Assembly: GCA_046350615.1 (NCBI GenBank)
Contig: JAXMAA010000002.1
Coordinates: forward strand, 277,204-341,203
Reading direction: 5' to 3'
Origin: Candidatus Saccharimonadales bacterium
GTDB taxonomy: Bacteria; Patescibacteriota; Saccharimonadia; Saccharimonadales; UBA7683
Length of the DNA stretch: 64,000 bases
The first letter of the stretch is position 1. Every line of letters starts with the position of its first letter. The position numbers were made by a program, and so were the translations under genes. This document shows, piece by piece, positions 27,579 to 37,218 of this stretch. The notes beneath the pieces were generated by a model. The model did not search any database, had not been told where the DNA came from, and saw nothing but the letters and a program-made list of their open reading frames with translations.

Positions 27579-27672
27579 GGATTCCCGTCTTCACGGGAAT
27601 GACGGATGTGAGGTTTTGAGACTCAGGTCAAGATGACACAGAAACAGATCGGGGGTTTCGTGATTCGGGTTT
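27579..27672. repeat. Right half of the composite palindromic repeat split by the IS
   Basis: ATTCCCGTCTTCACGGGAATGAC hairpin module, GTGAGGTTTTGAGACTCAGGT (27608-27628) and GTTTCGTGATTCGGGTTT (27655-27672) mirror the left half. Confidence 0.75.
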
Positions 27673-27698
27673 CTAATAATTGATGCTATAGTAATTTT

Positions 27699-27935
27699 AT
27701 GAAGATCAATCGGAGAAACTCTACCATTTTAATTTGTGCACTCTGCGCAGCATTCATTTTTCTTGCAGGATTTGTGCTAGGGAAGATTGTTCATAACTCC
27801 ACACGAAATCCAGATGAAGAAGGAGTTTCTTGCACCATGGAAGCTAAGATCTGCCCCGACAGCTCGGCAGTTGGCCGAGAAGGGCGAAACTGCGAATTTC
27901 CAGAATGCCCAGATAAGCCGGCTGCTAAGCAATAA
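27699..27935 (+). CDS. Small membrane-anchored Cys-rich protein (78 aa)
   Basis: N-terminal TM/signal STILICALCAAFIFLAGFVLG; four Cys in the exported part (CTMEAKICPD...CEFPEC). Confidence 0.45.
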   Translation: MKINRRNSTILICALCAAFIFLAGFVLGKIVHNSTRNPDEEGVSCTMEAKICPDSSAVGREGRNCEFPECPDKPAAKQ

Positions 27936-28046
27936 GAGCATACATACGCGTAGGATTGTTTAGTAGATGCGTATCACCCGGATTTCCCAGAAAATGAGTA
28001 ATCTAGATTTAAGAACTATTTAATTTTTGCTCGCTACAATTCATTT

Positions 28047-28694
28047 ATGAGTCACATGAAGGATCGTCGCAAGGATGAACGCCCACGCGAGAAGTTGGCT
28101 CAAAAAGGAGTGGCAGCGCTTTCCGATTATGAACTTCTGGTGGCAATAATTGGTAGTGGAAACAAGTATGCAGATGTGACAAAAATAGCACACGATGTCC
28201 GAAAGTTAATTGTCGATAAAGCCAGCGAGCTCAGGTATGAGGATCTTTTACAAATTAAGAGCCTCGGTCCGGCAAAAGCCACCAATATTATGGCGGGCTA
28301 TGAGCTGTGGCGCCGCCAGTTTGAGGTCCCTGAGCGTCCAATTATTGACTCGCCAGATAAAGCAGTTGCACAACTTGGCTATATCAGGAGTAAAAAGCAA
28401 GAATACTTCGTCTGTCTCACGCTTGATGGCGCTAACAGATTAGTCACCAAGCGTATTATTAGCATCGGTACGCTCACCGCCAGCCTCGTTCATCCACGAG
28501 AGGTTTTCGCCGAAGCCATAACCGATCGTGCGGCGAGTGTCATTGTGGCCCATAATCATCCGAGTGGAAGCTTAGAGGCGAGCGAGGCGGATAGAGCCGT
28601 TACGCAGCGTCTTATAGAATCTGGCAGTGTTCTCGGTATCTCGGTTAAATATCACGTTGTTTTGACTAAAGATTCCTATACGACGATAAATTAA
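28047..28694 (+). CDS. radC: RadC-like JAB/MPN domain protein
   Basis: N-terminal HhH region (KSLGPAKATNIMA) and JAB motif AHNHPSGSLEASEAD. Confidence 0.85.
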   Translation: MSHMKDRRKDERPREKLAQKGVAALSDYELLVAIIGSGNKYADVTKIAHDVRKLIVDKASELRYEDLLQIKSLGPAKATNIMAGYELWRRQFEVPERPIIDSPDKAVAQLGYIRSKKQEYFVCLTLDGANRLVTKRIISIGTLTASLVHPREVFAEAITDRAASVIVAHNHPSGSLEASEADRAVTQRLIESGSVLGISVKYHVVLTKDSYTTIN

Positions 28695-28853
28695 ACCGTT
28701 ATGCAGAGGCAAGATGATCTCGATGACACAATCACACTGGCGAGGCAGGTGAATGAAGGTGGGGTGGAAGTGCGATTATTGAGTAATGAGTTTAGGGTTA
28801 TCACCTAGACTCATCAGATAGCGAACTAAAGTAAAATTTGTTACACTTAGGCT

Positions 28854-29870
28854 ATGAAGTATACGCGGTCAAAAACTCTCTCATTCGTGAATAATAAGGG
28901 TGGGGTAGGTAAATCTACGCTCGCATACAACACTGCCGTGCAGTTCGCGAACAAAGGTTACAAAACCGTATTGATAGATCTTGACTCGCAGTGCAATTTA
29001 ACCAGACTGGCTCTCGGCGAAGAGTATTTCGAAAATACAATCTTCTCGGCAGCATCAAAAACTATCTATGATGTACTCAAGGGTGTCATAGAGGGGGGTG
29101 CCGATATCGATACTGCAGCACAGTTTGAGGCTGCCAAAGGCGCTAGCAATCTCTATGTATTACGTGGTGACATGCGTCTGAGAGAATACGAAAACGTACT
29201 TTCAACGGCGTACAATGCCGCTGCAGCAGGTCAGCGCATAGGATACTTCACTACCAGTGCAGTAGATCGTTTCTTGCGAGAAAAAGGCATGAGCGAACAA
29301 GTGGATATCTTTATTATTGATACTTCGCCAACGCTCGGATTGCTAAATCGAGTGATATTTTTAGGAACAGATTATTTTGTGGTACCGCTTATGCCCGATG
29401 CGCTTAGCCTGCAAGGTATCGAAAACCTTGGTAATATTTACGAGCAATGGAAGATAAACTGGCGTGACACAGGCAAGGCACTGGCGCGAGATATCGAGAA
29501 CCAGTTTGTATTGAGCGGCGAAGGACTATTTATAGGATATATCCTGAACTCATACAATGTATATGGTCAGCAACCCATACGTGATCATCAGAAGTGGATA
29601 GACCAAGTGCCGGGTAAGGTAAAAACGTTTCTCAGTGAAAAGCATTGTCGCAACGGGCTGGTCGCCAGTAGCAGCGCTAGTTCCTTACATGACATACAGG
29701 ACTATGGCAGATTGCCCGCAATCACGCACGAGAATGGTGTTGCTATATTCAATATTGACCCGGCCAAGGCGGAGGCCACACAGCCAGGATCTCGCGAGAA
29801 CATAGAAAAAGCCAAAAAAGAATTCGATGAACTGTCGGACAACATATTGGCGGTATTAGAAAAATATTAG
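28854..29870 (+). CDS. ParA/MinD-superfamily ATPase with about 90-aa C-terminal extension; no adjacent ParB
   Basis: Deviant Walker A NNKGGVGKST, Walker B/A' FIIDTSPT; 338 aa. Confidence 0.75.
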   Translation: MKYTRSKTLSFVNNKGGVGKSTLAYNTAVQFANKGYKTVLIDLDSQCNLTRLALGEEYFENTIFSAASKTIYDVLKGVIEGGADIDTAAQFEAAKGASNLYVLRGDMRLREYENVLSTAYNAAAAGQRIGYFTTSAVDRFLREKGMSEQVDIFIIDTSPTLGLLNRVIFLGTDYFVVPLMPDALSLQGIENLGNIYEQWKINWRDTGKALARDIENQFVLSGEGLFIGYILNSYNVYGQQPIRDHQKWIDQVPGKVKTFLSEKHCRNGLVASSSASSLHDIQDYGRLPAITHENGVAIFNIDPAKAEATQPGSRENIEKAKKEFDELSDNILAVLEKY

Positions 29871-30047
29871 CTTTAGTGACGGCGAAGTGAAGTAAGAGCG
29901 GTTGTCTGAAGTGGTCTTCTCTATATCATAGCGAAGATGGTGTATATAAATACAATCTCATCTCGTTAATATGTCATAGGTGATATGTAATAGTAATTGA
30001 CATATATTTCGCTATATATCAATAAAAGCTTGTTTTGTTGATATATA

Positions 30048-31202
30048 GTGTATACTTTATATATGACCTTTGATCCAAAAATACCGTACAAAGTGCCCGC
30101 ACTACGGGCGTATAGGCTAAAGAAGGTTCAGTCGTCTCTTGTAAAGGAGTTGACCGAGGCGAATATCGCCATTGCACAGATAAAGGGCTTTCTACGCGGC
30201 TTGCCGCAATCGAGTGTTGCTTTGATGAACCCACTCTTTGTCAAAGAGGCTGTCGAAAGCTCAGAGATTGAAAACATCAACACGACACTGCTAGAAGTCA
30301 TGCAACGCCAGGTAGCCCCTGATATCGAAAGCAAAACCGGGAGCCAGCTGGTCGTGAACTATACTCTTGCATCGCACTGGGCGGTGCGTAATCTAGAAAG
30401 GCTAGGCCTGATATCTCGACTAGTGACAGGCATTCAGCATAAGCTTGTTCCTGGTGGCACTGAAGGATATCGACGACTCCAAGTAGTCATTGGTGACGGT
30501 CGTGGTAAGGTGCATTACACACCACCGCTGGCTAGCGATATACCCGGGCTTATATCAGACTGGGAAAAACTAGTAAACGGCAACAAGGAGATTGACCCGC
30601 TGGTAATAGCCGCAGTAGCACACTATCAGTTTGAAGCAATTCACCCGTTCGAAGACGGCAATGGTCGCACTGGACGCATGCTTATAAATTTGCAGATGGT
30701 TCAAGCGGGACTGCTAGACGTACCCGTGGTACATATTAGCCAGTACATCAACGCTCATAAATCACGCTACTATAAGTTATTACGAGAGACTACCTCTGAA
30801 GATAAATTAGAGGACTTCGTTAGGTTTATGCTAAAAGCATTTACTACACAGGCGAACCACAGCTTCGCCTTGTTGCAGCGCGTGCAGGAACTGCAGTTCG
30901 AGTTCAAGCACGAAATTCGTAGTAAGCTGCCAAATATCTATAGCCACGAATTACTCGACGCTATATTTAGCCGACCAGTTCAGACACCTGTGCGTCTCGC
31001 AAAAGATACGGGCTTGCACTATGTGACAACAAGCAAACACTTGAAGAAACTTGAAGAAATAGGCCTGTTGACGAGCTCAAAGCAAGGTAAATATATGTAC
31101 TATATCAACGATAGGTTGCTAGAATTAATAGAAGAAAAAGGGCACATGAAACCAAAGAAATCTGCGGTGGTAGAGACCGTTGTCATAGACGAGGAGGATT
31201 AA
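30048..31202 (+). CDS. fic: Fic family protein (AMPylase-type) with C-terminal wHTH
   Basis: Canonical Fic motif HPFEDGNGRTGR; N-terminal inhibitory-helix-type motif SSEIEN (S/T-x-x-x-E-G/N). The start could be ATG 30063. Confidence 0.85.
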   Translation: MYTLYMTFDPKIPYKVPALRAYRLKKVQSSLVKELTEANIAIAQIKGFLRGLPQSSVALMNPLFVKEAVESSEIENINTTLLEVMQRQVAPDIESKTGSQLVVNYTLASHWAVRNLERLGLISRLVTGIQHKLVPGGTEGYRRLQVVIGDGRGKVHYTPPLASDIPGLISDWEKLVNGNKEIDPLVIAAVAHYQFEAIHPFEDGNGRTGRMLINLQMVQAGLLDVPVVHISQYINAHKSRYYKLLRETTSEDKLEDFVRFMLKAFTTQANHSFALLQRVQELQFEFKHEIRSKLPNIYSHELLDAIFSRPVQTPVRLAKDTGLHYVTTSKHLKKLEEIGLLTSSKQGKYMYYINDRLLELIEEKGHMKPKKSAVVETVVIDEED

Positions 31203-33116
31203 ATGGACGAGAACGATACAGACATTTATGAAGTCAGCGGCGCATCGCCTGAGTTTCGTACGCAGCTCGCGAAGCAACTGGAGGAGTTGGTGCCGGAGGC
31301 GATTGCTGATGGGAAAGTTGATGTGGCGAAGCTCAAGGAGCTGCTACAGGAGGACGCTGGTGATACGAACGAGCGATTCGGTCTATTCTGGCCGGGTAAG
31401 AAGCGTGCGATGCGTGCGGCGCAGGAGCCAACAACTGCGACACTAAAGCCTGCCAAGGAGCAGAGTAAAGATTGGGATACTACCCAGAATATCTTTATTG
31501 AGGGTGACAACCTCGAAGTGCTGAAGGTGCTGCAAAAGCAGTACCACAACGCTATCAAGATGATTTACATCGATCCGCCATACAACACTGGCAAAGATTT
31601 CGTCTACCCCGATAACTTTGCCGAAGGCCTGCAAAACTACCTCGAGTTTAGCAAGCAAGTCGACGATGGTAGTAAGAAGATTAGTACCAACACCGAAACC
31701 GCCGGCCGCTATCACAGCAACTGGCTAAACATGATGTATCCACGCCTCAAGCTAGCACGGAATTTGCTGACGGATGACGGGGTTATTTTTATTTCAATTG
31801 ATGACGCCGAGTATGTTAATTTGAAAAAAATTTGTGATGAAATATTTGGCGAAAGTAATCAACTTGAATCACTAGTATGGAAGAAAAGAGCAACTCCACC
31901 TAACGATAGAAATATTGGTAGGATTCACGAGTACGTACTAGTCTATGCGCGTCATTCAGAAAAAGTTTCATTGGGGCTGTTACCGCGAGACGAGAAATCT
32001 GTAGATCGATACTCAAATCCCGATAATGACCCCAGGGGTCCATGGTCCGCATCAGACCTGAGCGCCAATGGAAAAGGCGGTCGACTATCCTTGTCTACTA
32101 TTTATCCGATTACTAATCCCGCCGATGGCAAGGAGTACATGCCCACCGAAGGACGATGCTGGCTCTTTGGTAAAGATAAAATGCAAAGATACATAGAAGA
32201 AGGTAGGGTTTCTTTTAGAACTAGCACAGGGGCCCCTTACTTGAAAAGATATCTTAAAGAGGTCCGTAATGGATTAACTCTACCTACAATTCTGCTCGAG
32301 TCTGGTTTTTCGAGTACGTCTGCAGCGGAGGTTAATAAGCTTTTTGATGGTAGGGCTATTTTCGAGTATCCAAAACCTACGCTTCTAATGAAGCATCTAC
32401 TGACCATTGGCATGCCAGATGGAGGCTATCTATTAGATTTCTTCTCTGGCTCTGGTACGGTCGCTCACGCTGTGATGCAGCTCAACGCTGAAGACGGTGG
32501 CAATCGCAAGCATATTCAGGTGCAGCTGCCCGAGCCGACCGACGAAAAGAGCGAAGCCTACAAAGCTGGCTACCGTAAGATTAGCGACATCGCTCGTGAA
32601 CGCATCAACCGCGCGGGCGAAAAGATCAAGGTAGATTTTGCCGATAAACTTGCCGAGCGCGATGCGCCACTTGATATTGGCTACCGCACCTACCAATTGA
32701 GCGACACTAACTTCCGCAAATGGCAAAGTAGCGCCACGAATGACCTTGGCGAATTGCAAGCGCGTCTCGACCTCATGCGCGAAAGTGCCGACGATAACGC
32801 CAGCGAAGAAGACTTGCTGGTAGAAGTGATGCTAAAAATGGGCTTGCCGCTAACTAGCCGCACCGCCAGCCGCGAAGTCACCGAACTGACCGTCCACCAA
32901 GTTGTACCAGAAGACGAAGAACACGCCGACGTACAGCCAGTCTTTTACCTAAATGAACACGTCAAGCCAACCCTTGAACAACTCCGACGACTAGTCACCG
33001 AACTCACCCCAAGCAAATTCGTAATACTCGACGACGCATTCCAAGGAGACAACGAACTAAAGACCAACCTCGTGCAGACGTGCAAGAGCTACGATGTAGA
33101 GTTGTGGACGGTGTAG
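31203..33116 (+). CDS. mod: Type III restriction-modification methyltransferase (Mod), N6-adenine beta-class
   Basis: Motif IV IYIDPPYNTG precedes motif I DFFSGSGT; central variable (target recognition) region; ATG immediately follows the fic stop. Confidence 0.85.
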   Translation: MDENDTDIYEVSGASPEFRTQLAKQLEELVPEAIADGKVDVAKLKELLQEDAGDTNERFGLFWPGKKRAMRAAQEPTTATLKPAKEQSKDWDTTQNIFIEGDNLEVLKVLQKQYHNAIKMIYIDPPYNTGKDFVYPDNFAEGLQNYLEFSKQVDDGSKKISTNTETAGRYHSNWLNMMYPRLKLARNLLTDDGVIFISIDDAEYVNLKKICDEIFGESNQLESLVWKKRATPPNDRNIGRIHEYVLVYARHSEKVSLGLLPRDEKSVDRYSNPDNDPRGPWSASDLSANGKGGRLSLSTIYPITNPADGKEYMPTEGRCWLFGKDKMQRYIEEGRVSFRTSTGAPYLKRYLKEVRNGLTLPTILLESGFSSTSAAEVNKLFDGRAIFEYPKPTLLMKHLLTIGMPDGGYLLDFFSGSGTVAHAVMQLNAEDGGNRKHIQVQLPEPTDEKSEAYKAGYRKISDIARERINRAGEKIKVDFADKLAERDAPLDIGYRTYQLSDTNFRKWQSSATNDLGELQARLDLMRESADDNASEEDLLVEVMLKMGLPLTSRTASREVTELTVHQVVPEDEEHADVQPVFYLNEHVKPTLEQLRRLVTELTPSKFVILDDAFQGDNELKTNLVQTCKSYDVELWTV

Positions 33117-33118
33117 GG

Positions 33119-34162
33119 ATGGGCGCAAAACAGCATAATCCATCCTCTGCCGCACAGTATCTGACCTTCGTGGCGGCGACGGGTGATGACGAAAAAAGCT
33201 TCGAGATGCGCTATGCGGATGAAAATATATGGCTGACGCAGAAGATGTTGGCGGAGTTGTACGGAGTGACAAAACAGACAATTAGCGATCATCTCGCGAA
33301 GCTTAAAGATGATAACGAGATTGATCGGGCAACTGTAAGGAAATTCCTGACAGTTCAAAAAGAGGGTGATCGTACTGTCAAGAGAAATCTTGAACACTAC
33401 AACCTGCAAGCTATCGTATCTGTTGGGTTTAAGATCGAAAACGATCGTGCAGTGCAATTTCGCAAATGGGCGCGCCAAATTGTCAAAGATTACACGATTC
33501 AGGGTTGGACGATGGATGTAGATAGGCTCAAAAAAGGACACATGTTTACGGATGAATATTTTGACCGCCAGCTGCAACAAATCCGCGAAATCCGTCTCAG
33601 CGAACGCAAGTTCTATCAAAAAGTTACTGATATTTATGCCACAGCGTTTGACTATGACAAAACTGCCAAGACAACGCAAGATTTTTTCAAAATAGTGCAA
33701 AACAAGTTGCATTATGCCGTCCACCGCCATACTGCCGCAGAGATTATCCATGCGCGGGCTGATGCCAAAAGAGAGCACATGGGTCTGACCTCGTGGGAGT
33801 CCGCGCCTGAGGGAAAAATCGCCAAAGCTGACGTCTCGATTGCCAAAAATTACCTTAGCAAAAAAGAGATGTCGTATCTCGAACGTATTGTTTCGCTCTA
33901 TCTTGACTTTGCCGAACTACAAGCCGAGCGCAAAATTCCTATGAGTATGGAAGACTGGGCGAAGCGCCTCGACGGATTTCTCGAATTCAACGGTAATGAA
34001 GTTCTTGTTGGGGCGGGCAAAATATCTGCCGAGCAAGCCAAGCTTTACGCTGAAACTGAGTTCGAGAAATATCGCATTACACAAGATAGGCTCTATGAGA
34101 GTGATTTTGATAAGTTTGTAAAAGCAGAACAAGTGGTGAAGAGGCTAGAAGATGAAAATTAA
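33119..34162 (+). CDS. rhuM: RhuM family protein (DNA-binding protein commonly embedded in R-M loci)
   Basis: ENIWLTQKMLAELYGVTKQTISDHL... and YNLQAIVSVGFKIENDRAVQFRKWARQIVKDYTIQGW match the RhuM core. ATG 33119 lies 2 nt after the mod stop. Confidence 0.75.
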   Translation: MGAKQHNPSSAAQYLTFVAATGDDEKSFEMRYADENIWLTQKMLAELYGVTKQTISDHLAKLKDDNEIDRATVRKFLTVQKEGDRTVKRNLEHYNLQAIVSVGFKIENDRAVQFRKWARQIVKDYTIQGWTMDVDRLKKGHMFTDEYFDRQLQQIREIRLSERKFYQKVTDIYATAFDYDKTAKTTQDFFKIVQNKLHYAVHRHTAAEIIHARADAKREHMGLTSWESAPEGKIAKADVSIAKNYLSKKEMSYLERIVSLYLDFAELQAERKIPMSMEDWAKRLDGFLEFNGNEVLVGAGKISAEQAKLYAETEFEKYRITQDRLYESDFDKFVKAEQVVKRLEDEN

Positions 34163-37058
34163 ATATGACTCTGGACAACCATTTCAAATCCAGGCCATAA
34201 ATGCCATTGCCGATATATTTGAAGGACAACCGCATGATTCGGAGGTGTTTTCGACTGCATTGAAAACGCGGACAGCGAGCGGAACGCAGGCAGGGTTGTT
34301 TAATGAAATTGGCGCGGTCGGTAATAATTTACTACTCGACGAAGATTCGATACTTGAAAACGTTCGGGCTATTCAAAACGAGAATGGTATTGAACCGTCA
34401 GAGCGACTAGATGGCATGAACTTTAGCGTCGAGATGGAGACGGGTACAGGTAAGACCTATGTGTATTTACGCACGGCGTTTGAACTTGCAAAACGCTATG
34501 ATTTTACAAAGTTTATCATTATTGTGCCGAGTATTCCGATAAAAGAAGGTGTCAAAAGCAGCATCACTAGCATGCGTGAACATTTTAGCGAGCTGTATGC
34601 CATGCCATTTGATATGAGCGTCTACGACGGCAAAGGTCCAGAGGTAGTGCAAAGTTTTGCAACCAGTACGAATATGCAGTTTATGGTTATGACTATCGAT
34701 GCAATACGAGGTAACCGCACGCTGGTTATACGTCAAGAGCGGGATAAGCTGAATGGTATTGCCCCAATAGAGTATCTAGCCGCGGTAAATCCGATTGTTA
34801 TTATGGATGAACCCCAGAATATGGAAAGTGAACTATCTACCAGTGCCATCGCCGACCTTAACCCAATGGCCACTCTTCGCTACAGCGCGACCCATCGTCG
34901 TGATTACAATATGATGTATCGGCTCGATCCGGTCGATGCACACCGCGAAAAGCTTGTGAAGAGCATTGTGGTAGCAAACGCGCAACAAAAGGGCAGCGAT
35001 GCGAAACCGTATATAAAACTCCTTGACGTACGTAATACACCCAGACTTGAAGCACATCTTGAATTGTTGGTGCGCAACAAAAACGGTAACGTCGGACGTA
35101 AGTCGCTGTGGGTGAAGCACCACGACGCGCTTGATAGTCGCACCGGTAATAGTATTTACGAAGGCTATACGATCAACGATATTTCGACAATTCCGGCGAA
35201 TGTGGAGATTGGTGCGCATGGTGTGTTGATGCTCGGTGATAATTGGGGCGGCAATGAAGACCAGATACTACGTGAAATGATTCGCGAGACCGTAAAAGAG
35301 CACATTAAACGTGAGTATTATTTGCGCGACACTGGCATTAAAGTTTTGAGCCTGTTCTTTGTTGACCGAGTGGCAAGTTACCTGACTTATGACGATGACG
35401 GCAACGCGGTTGATGGTCGGTTCGTAAAATGGTTTGACGAGCTCTACCGTGAAGAGCGAGCTAAAAGTCCGCACTACGTAGAGATGTTACCCGAAGAGCC
35501 AAATGAAGTGCGAGCAGCTTACTTTGCCGAGATGCGAAAAAGTGGCAAGACAAGCCTAGTTGATAGCAAAGAAGGCAAAGGAAATGCAAATGATGAATCT
35601 GCGTACGATTTGATTATGCGTGGGAAAGAGCGATTGCTCGATCAATTAAATCCGGTAAGATTTATTTTTAGCCACTCGGCTCTTAAAGAAGGCTGGGATA
35701 ACCCAAACGTCTTCCAGGTATGCATGATGCGCGAAAGTAGCAGCGAGAATGATCGCCGCCAGACGATTGGTCGTGGGTTGCGCCTGCCAGTGCGACAAGA
35801 TGGTACACGTGTATTTGATGAGCAGATTAACCAACTAACGGTGATTGCAAATGAGTCGTACCGTGATTTTGCTGGCAACTTGCAGAAGGAATACAAAAAG
35901 GCCGGTATACAAATTGGCTACATACGAAAGGGCGAGTTTGCACGAATTGTACAGCACGATGACGTCTCGAAGACACTTGGGCACGAAGTCTCTCGTGAAA
36001 TTTGGGAACACTTGGAACGTCGCGGCATGATTGATAGTGAGGGTAAAGTATTAGCCAATTTTGCGCCGAAGAATCTTGGGTTTACACTCGATCTGCCTGA
36101 TGAGTTGCGGCGATATCATGACGAAGTTGTCGATATTATAGAGAGTTGTAAGATCGATAAGTTTGTGAAAGATGCGCGCAAAAAGGAGACGATTCAGTTC
36201 TATGAAAAAGTGCTGTATGGGCCCGAGCTCGAAATGCTCTGGAAGAAGATCTCGCGTAAAACGACGTATCGCGTGACGTTCGATAATGGTCAGGTAGTCA
36301 CGGCGGCAATTGAAGCAATCAAGCGTACGCCGGAAATTAAACCTCTACGTATTGAAGTGACGAAAAATAAAGTGCAACTCATTCGCGGGGGTGTTCACCA
36401 TGCCGGAATGGTGGGTGAGAGCACGAGTGATCTGACGGGGACGTTTGAGCTGCCAGATATAATAAGCGAGCTGCAAGACGAGACCAGCCTAACAAGGAAA
36501 ACAATTGTAGATATCTTGCTTGGTAGTGATCGCTTGCACGAGTTTCTAGAAAATCCATATGACTACATACAGATGGTGAAAAGTGCAATTAAATCAGTGC
36601 TCGCAAGTGTAGTTGTGGACGGTGTTCAATATGAGAAGGTTGCCGAAGAGGTCTATGAGCTGCGAGAATTTCAACGTGATAGCGAAGGGGAGACCGAGCG
36701 ATTTGTCGATCGGCTGTATGAGGTCCAGAATTCGCAAAAATCAATCACCAACAAGCTAGTACTTGATTCTGTCACTGAACAGAATTTTGCAAAATATCTA
36801 GATAGTCGCGAAGATATTAAGCTGTTTTTGAAACTGCCTGCAAAATTTGTCATACCTACGCCAGTGGGTGATTACAATCCCGATTGGGCTATTGTAAAGG
36901 AGGTTAATGGCCGCGAAAAAGTATATATGATTCGTGAAACTAAGAACGGTGGCGAACGTGAATCTGAGCTACAGAAAATATCGTGCGCAGCAAAACATTT
37001 CGAGGAAATCGGAGTGCACGATTATGCGAAGTCAACACCAGAAGACTGGAGGGTATAA
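34152..37058 (+). CDS. res: Type III restriction enzyme Res subunit (SF2 helicase + C-terminal endonuclease)
   Basis: Motif I METGTGKTYVY, motif II IIMDEPQN, motif VI QTIGRGLRLPV; 968 aa; overlaps the rhuM 3' end by 11 nt. Confidence 0.85.
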   Translation: MKIKYDSGQPFQIQAINAIADIFEGQPHDSEVFSTALKTRTASGTQAGLFNEIGAVGNNLLLDEDSILENVRAIQNENGIEPSERLDGMNFSVEMETGTGKTYVYLRTAFELAKRYDFTKFIIIVPSIPIKEGVKSSITSMREHFSELYAMPFDMSVYDGKGPEVVQSFATSTNMQFMVMTIDAIRGNRTLVIRQERDKLNGIAPIEYLAAVNPIVIMDEPQNMESELSTSAIADLNPMATLRYSATHRRDYNMMYRLDPVDAHREKLVKSIVVANAQQKGSDAKPYIKLLDVRNTPRLEAHLELLVRNKNGNVGRKSLWVKHHDALDSRTGNSIYEGYTINDISTIPANVEIGAHGVLMLGDNWGGNEDQILREMIRETVKEHIKREYYLRDTGIKVLSLFFVDRVASYLTYDDDGNAVDGRFVKWFDELYREERAKSPHYVEMLPEEPNEVRAAYFAEMRKSGKTSLVDSKEGKGNANDESAYDLIMRGKERLLDQLNPVRFIFSHSALKEGWDNPNVFQVCMMRESSSENDRRQTIGRGLRLPVRQDGTRVFDEQINQLTVIANESYRDFAGNLQKEYKKAGIQIGYIRKGEFARIVQHDDVSKTLGHEVSREIWEHLERRGMIDSEGKVLANFAPKNLGFTLDLPDELRRYHDEVVDIIESCKIDKFVKDARKKETIQFYEKVLYGPELEMLWKKISRKTTYRVTFDNGQVVTAAIEAIKRTPEIKPLRIEVTKNKVQLIRGGVHHAGMVGESTSDLTGTFELPDIISELQDETSLTRKTIVDILLGSDRLHEFLENPYDYIQMVKSAIKSVLASVVVDGVQYEKVAEEVYELREFQRDSEGETERFVDRLYEVQNSQKSITNKLVLDSVTEQNFAKYLDSREDIKLFLKLPAKFVIPTPVGDYNPDWAIVKEVNGREKVYMIRETKNGGERESELQKISCAAKHFEEIGVHDYAKSTPEDWRV

Positions 37059-37218
37059 AACGCAAGGATAGTATAAGCTTGGCGGTGTCTGTACGCATAG
37101 TTTATGAGGCACTTACGGGTGAATTTCAGAGTGCTGTGAGGCCTGGTGGAGTTGTCCAAGATCCACTGGGCTATTTTCTAATTATATCATACTAATTATG
37201 CTCTTGTCAAATTTTGTG

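Noticed and set aside
29871-30047. AT-rich region upstream of fic with short inverted repeat ATATGTCA...TGACATAT and a TTGACA hexamer
   Set aside because: It is probably the promoter/operator region of the fic-mod-rhuM-res operon. However, I could not define a convincing -10 at proper spacing, so it is not reported as a feature.
31824-31830. A7 homopolymer inside mod as a phase-variation switch
   Set aside because: The single short tract is well inside the gene. Type III mod phase variation usually involves longer SSRs near the 5' end, and the reading frame is intact. Noted only as a site to watch in read data.
33089-33778. 229-aa ORF on the minus strand
   Set aside because: It lies entirely antisense to rhuM, whose plus-strand product carries the conserved RhuM core. 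It has no start context and a low-complexity Leu/Ile/Phe-rich translation typical of shadow ORFs.
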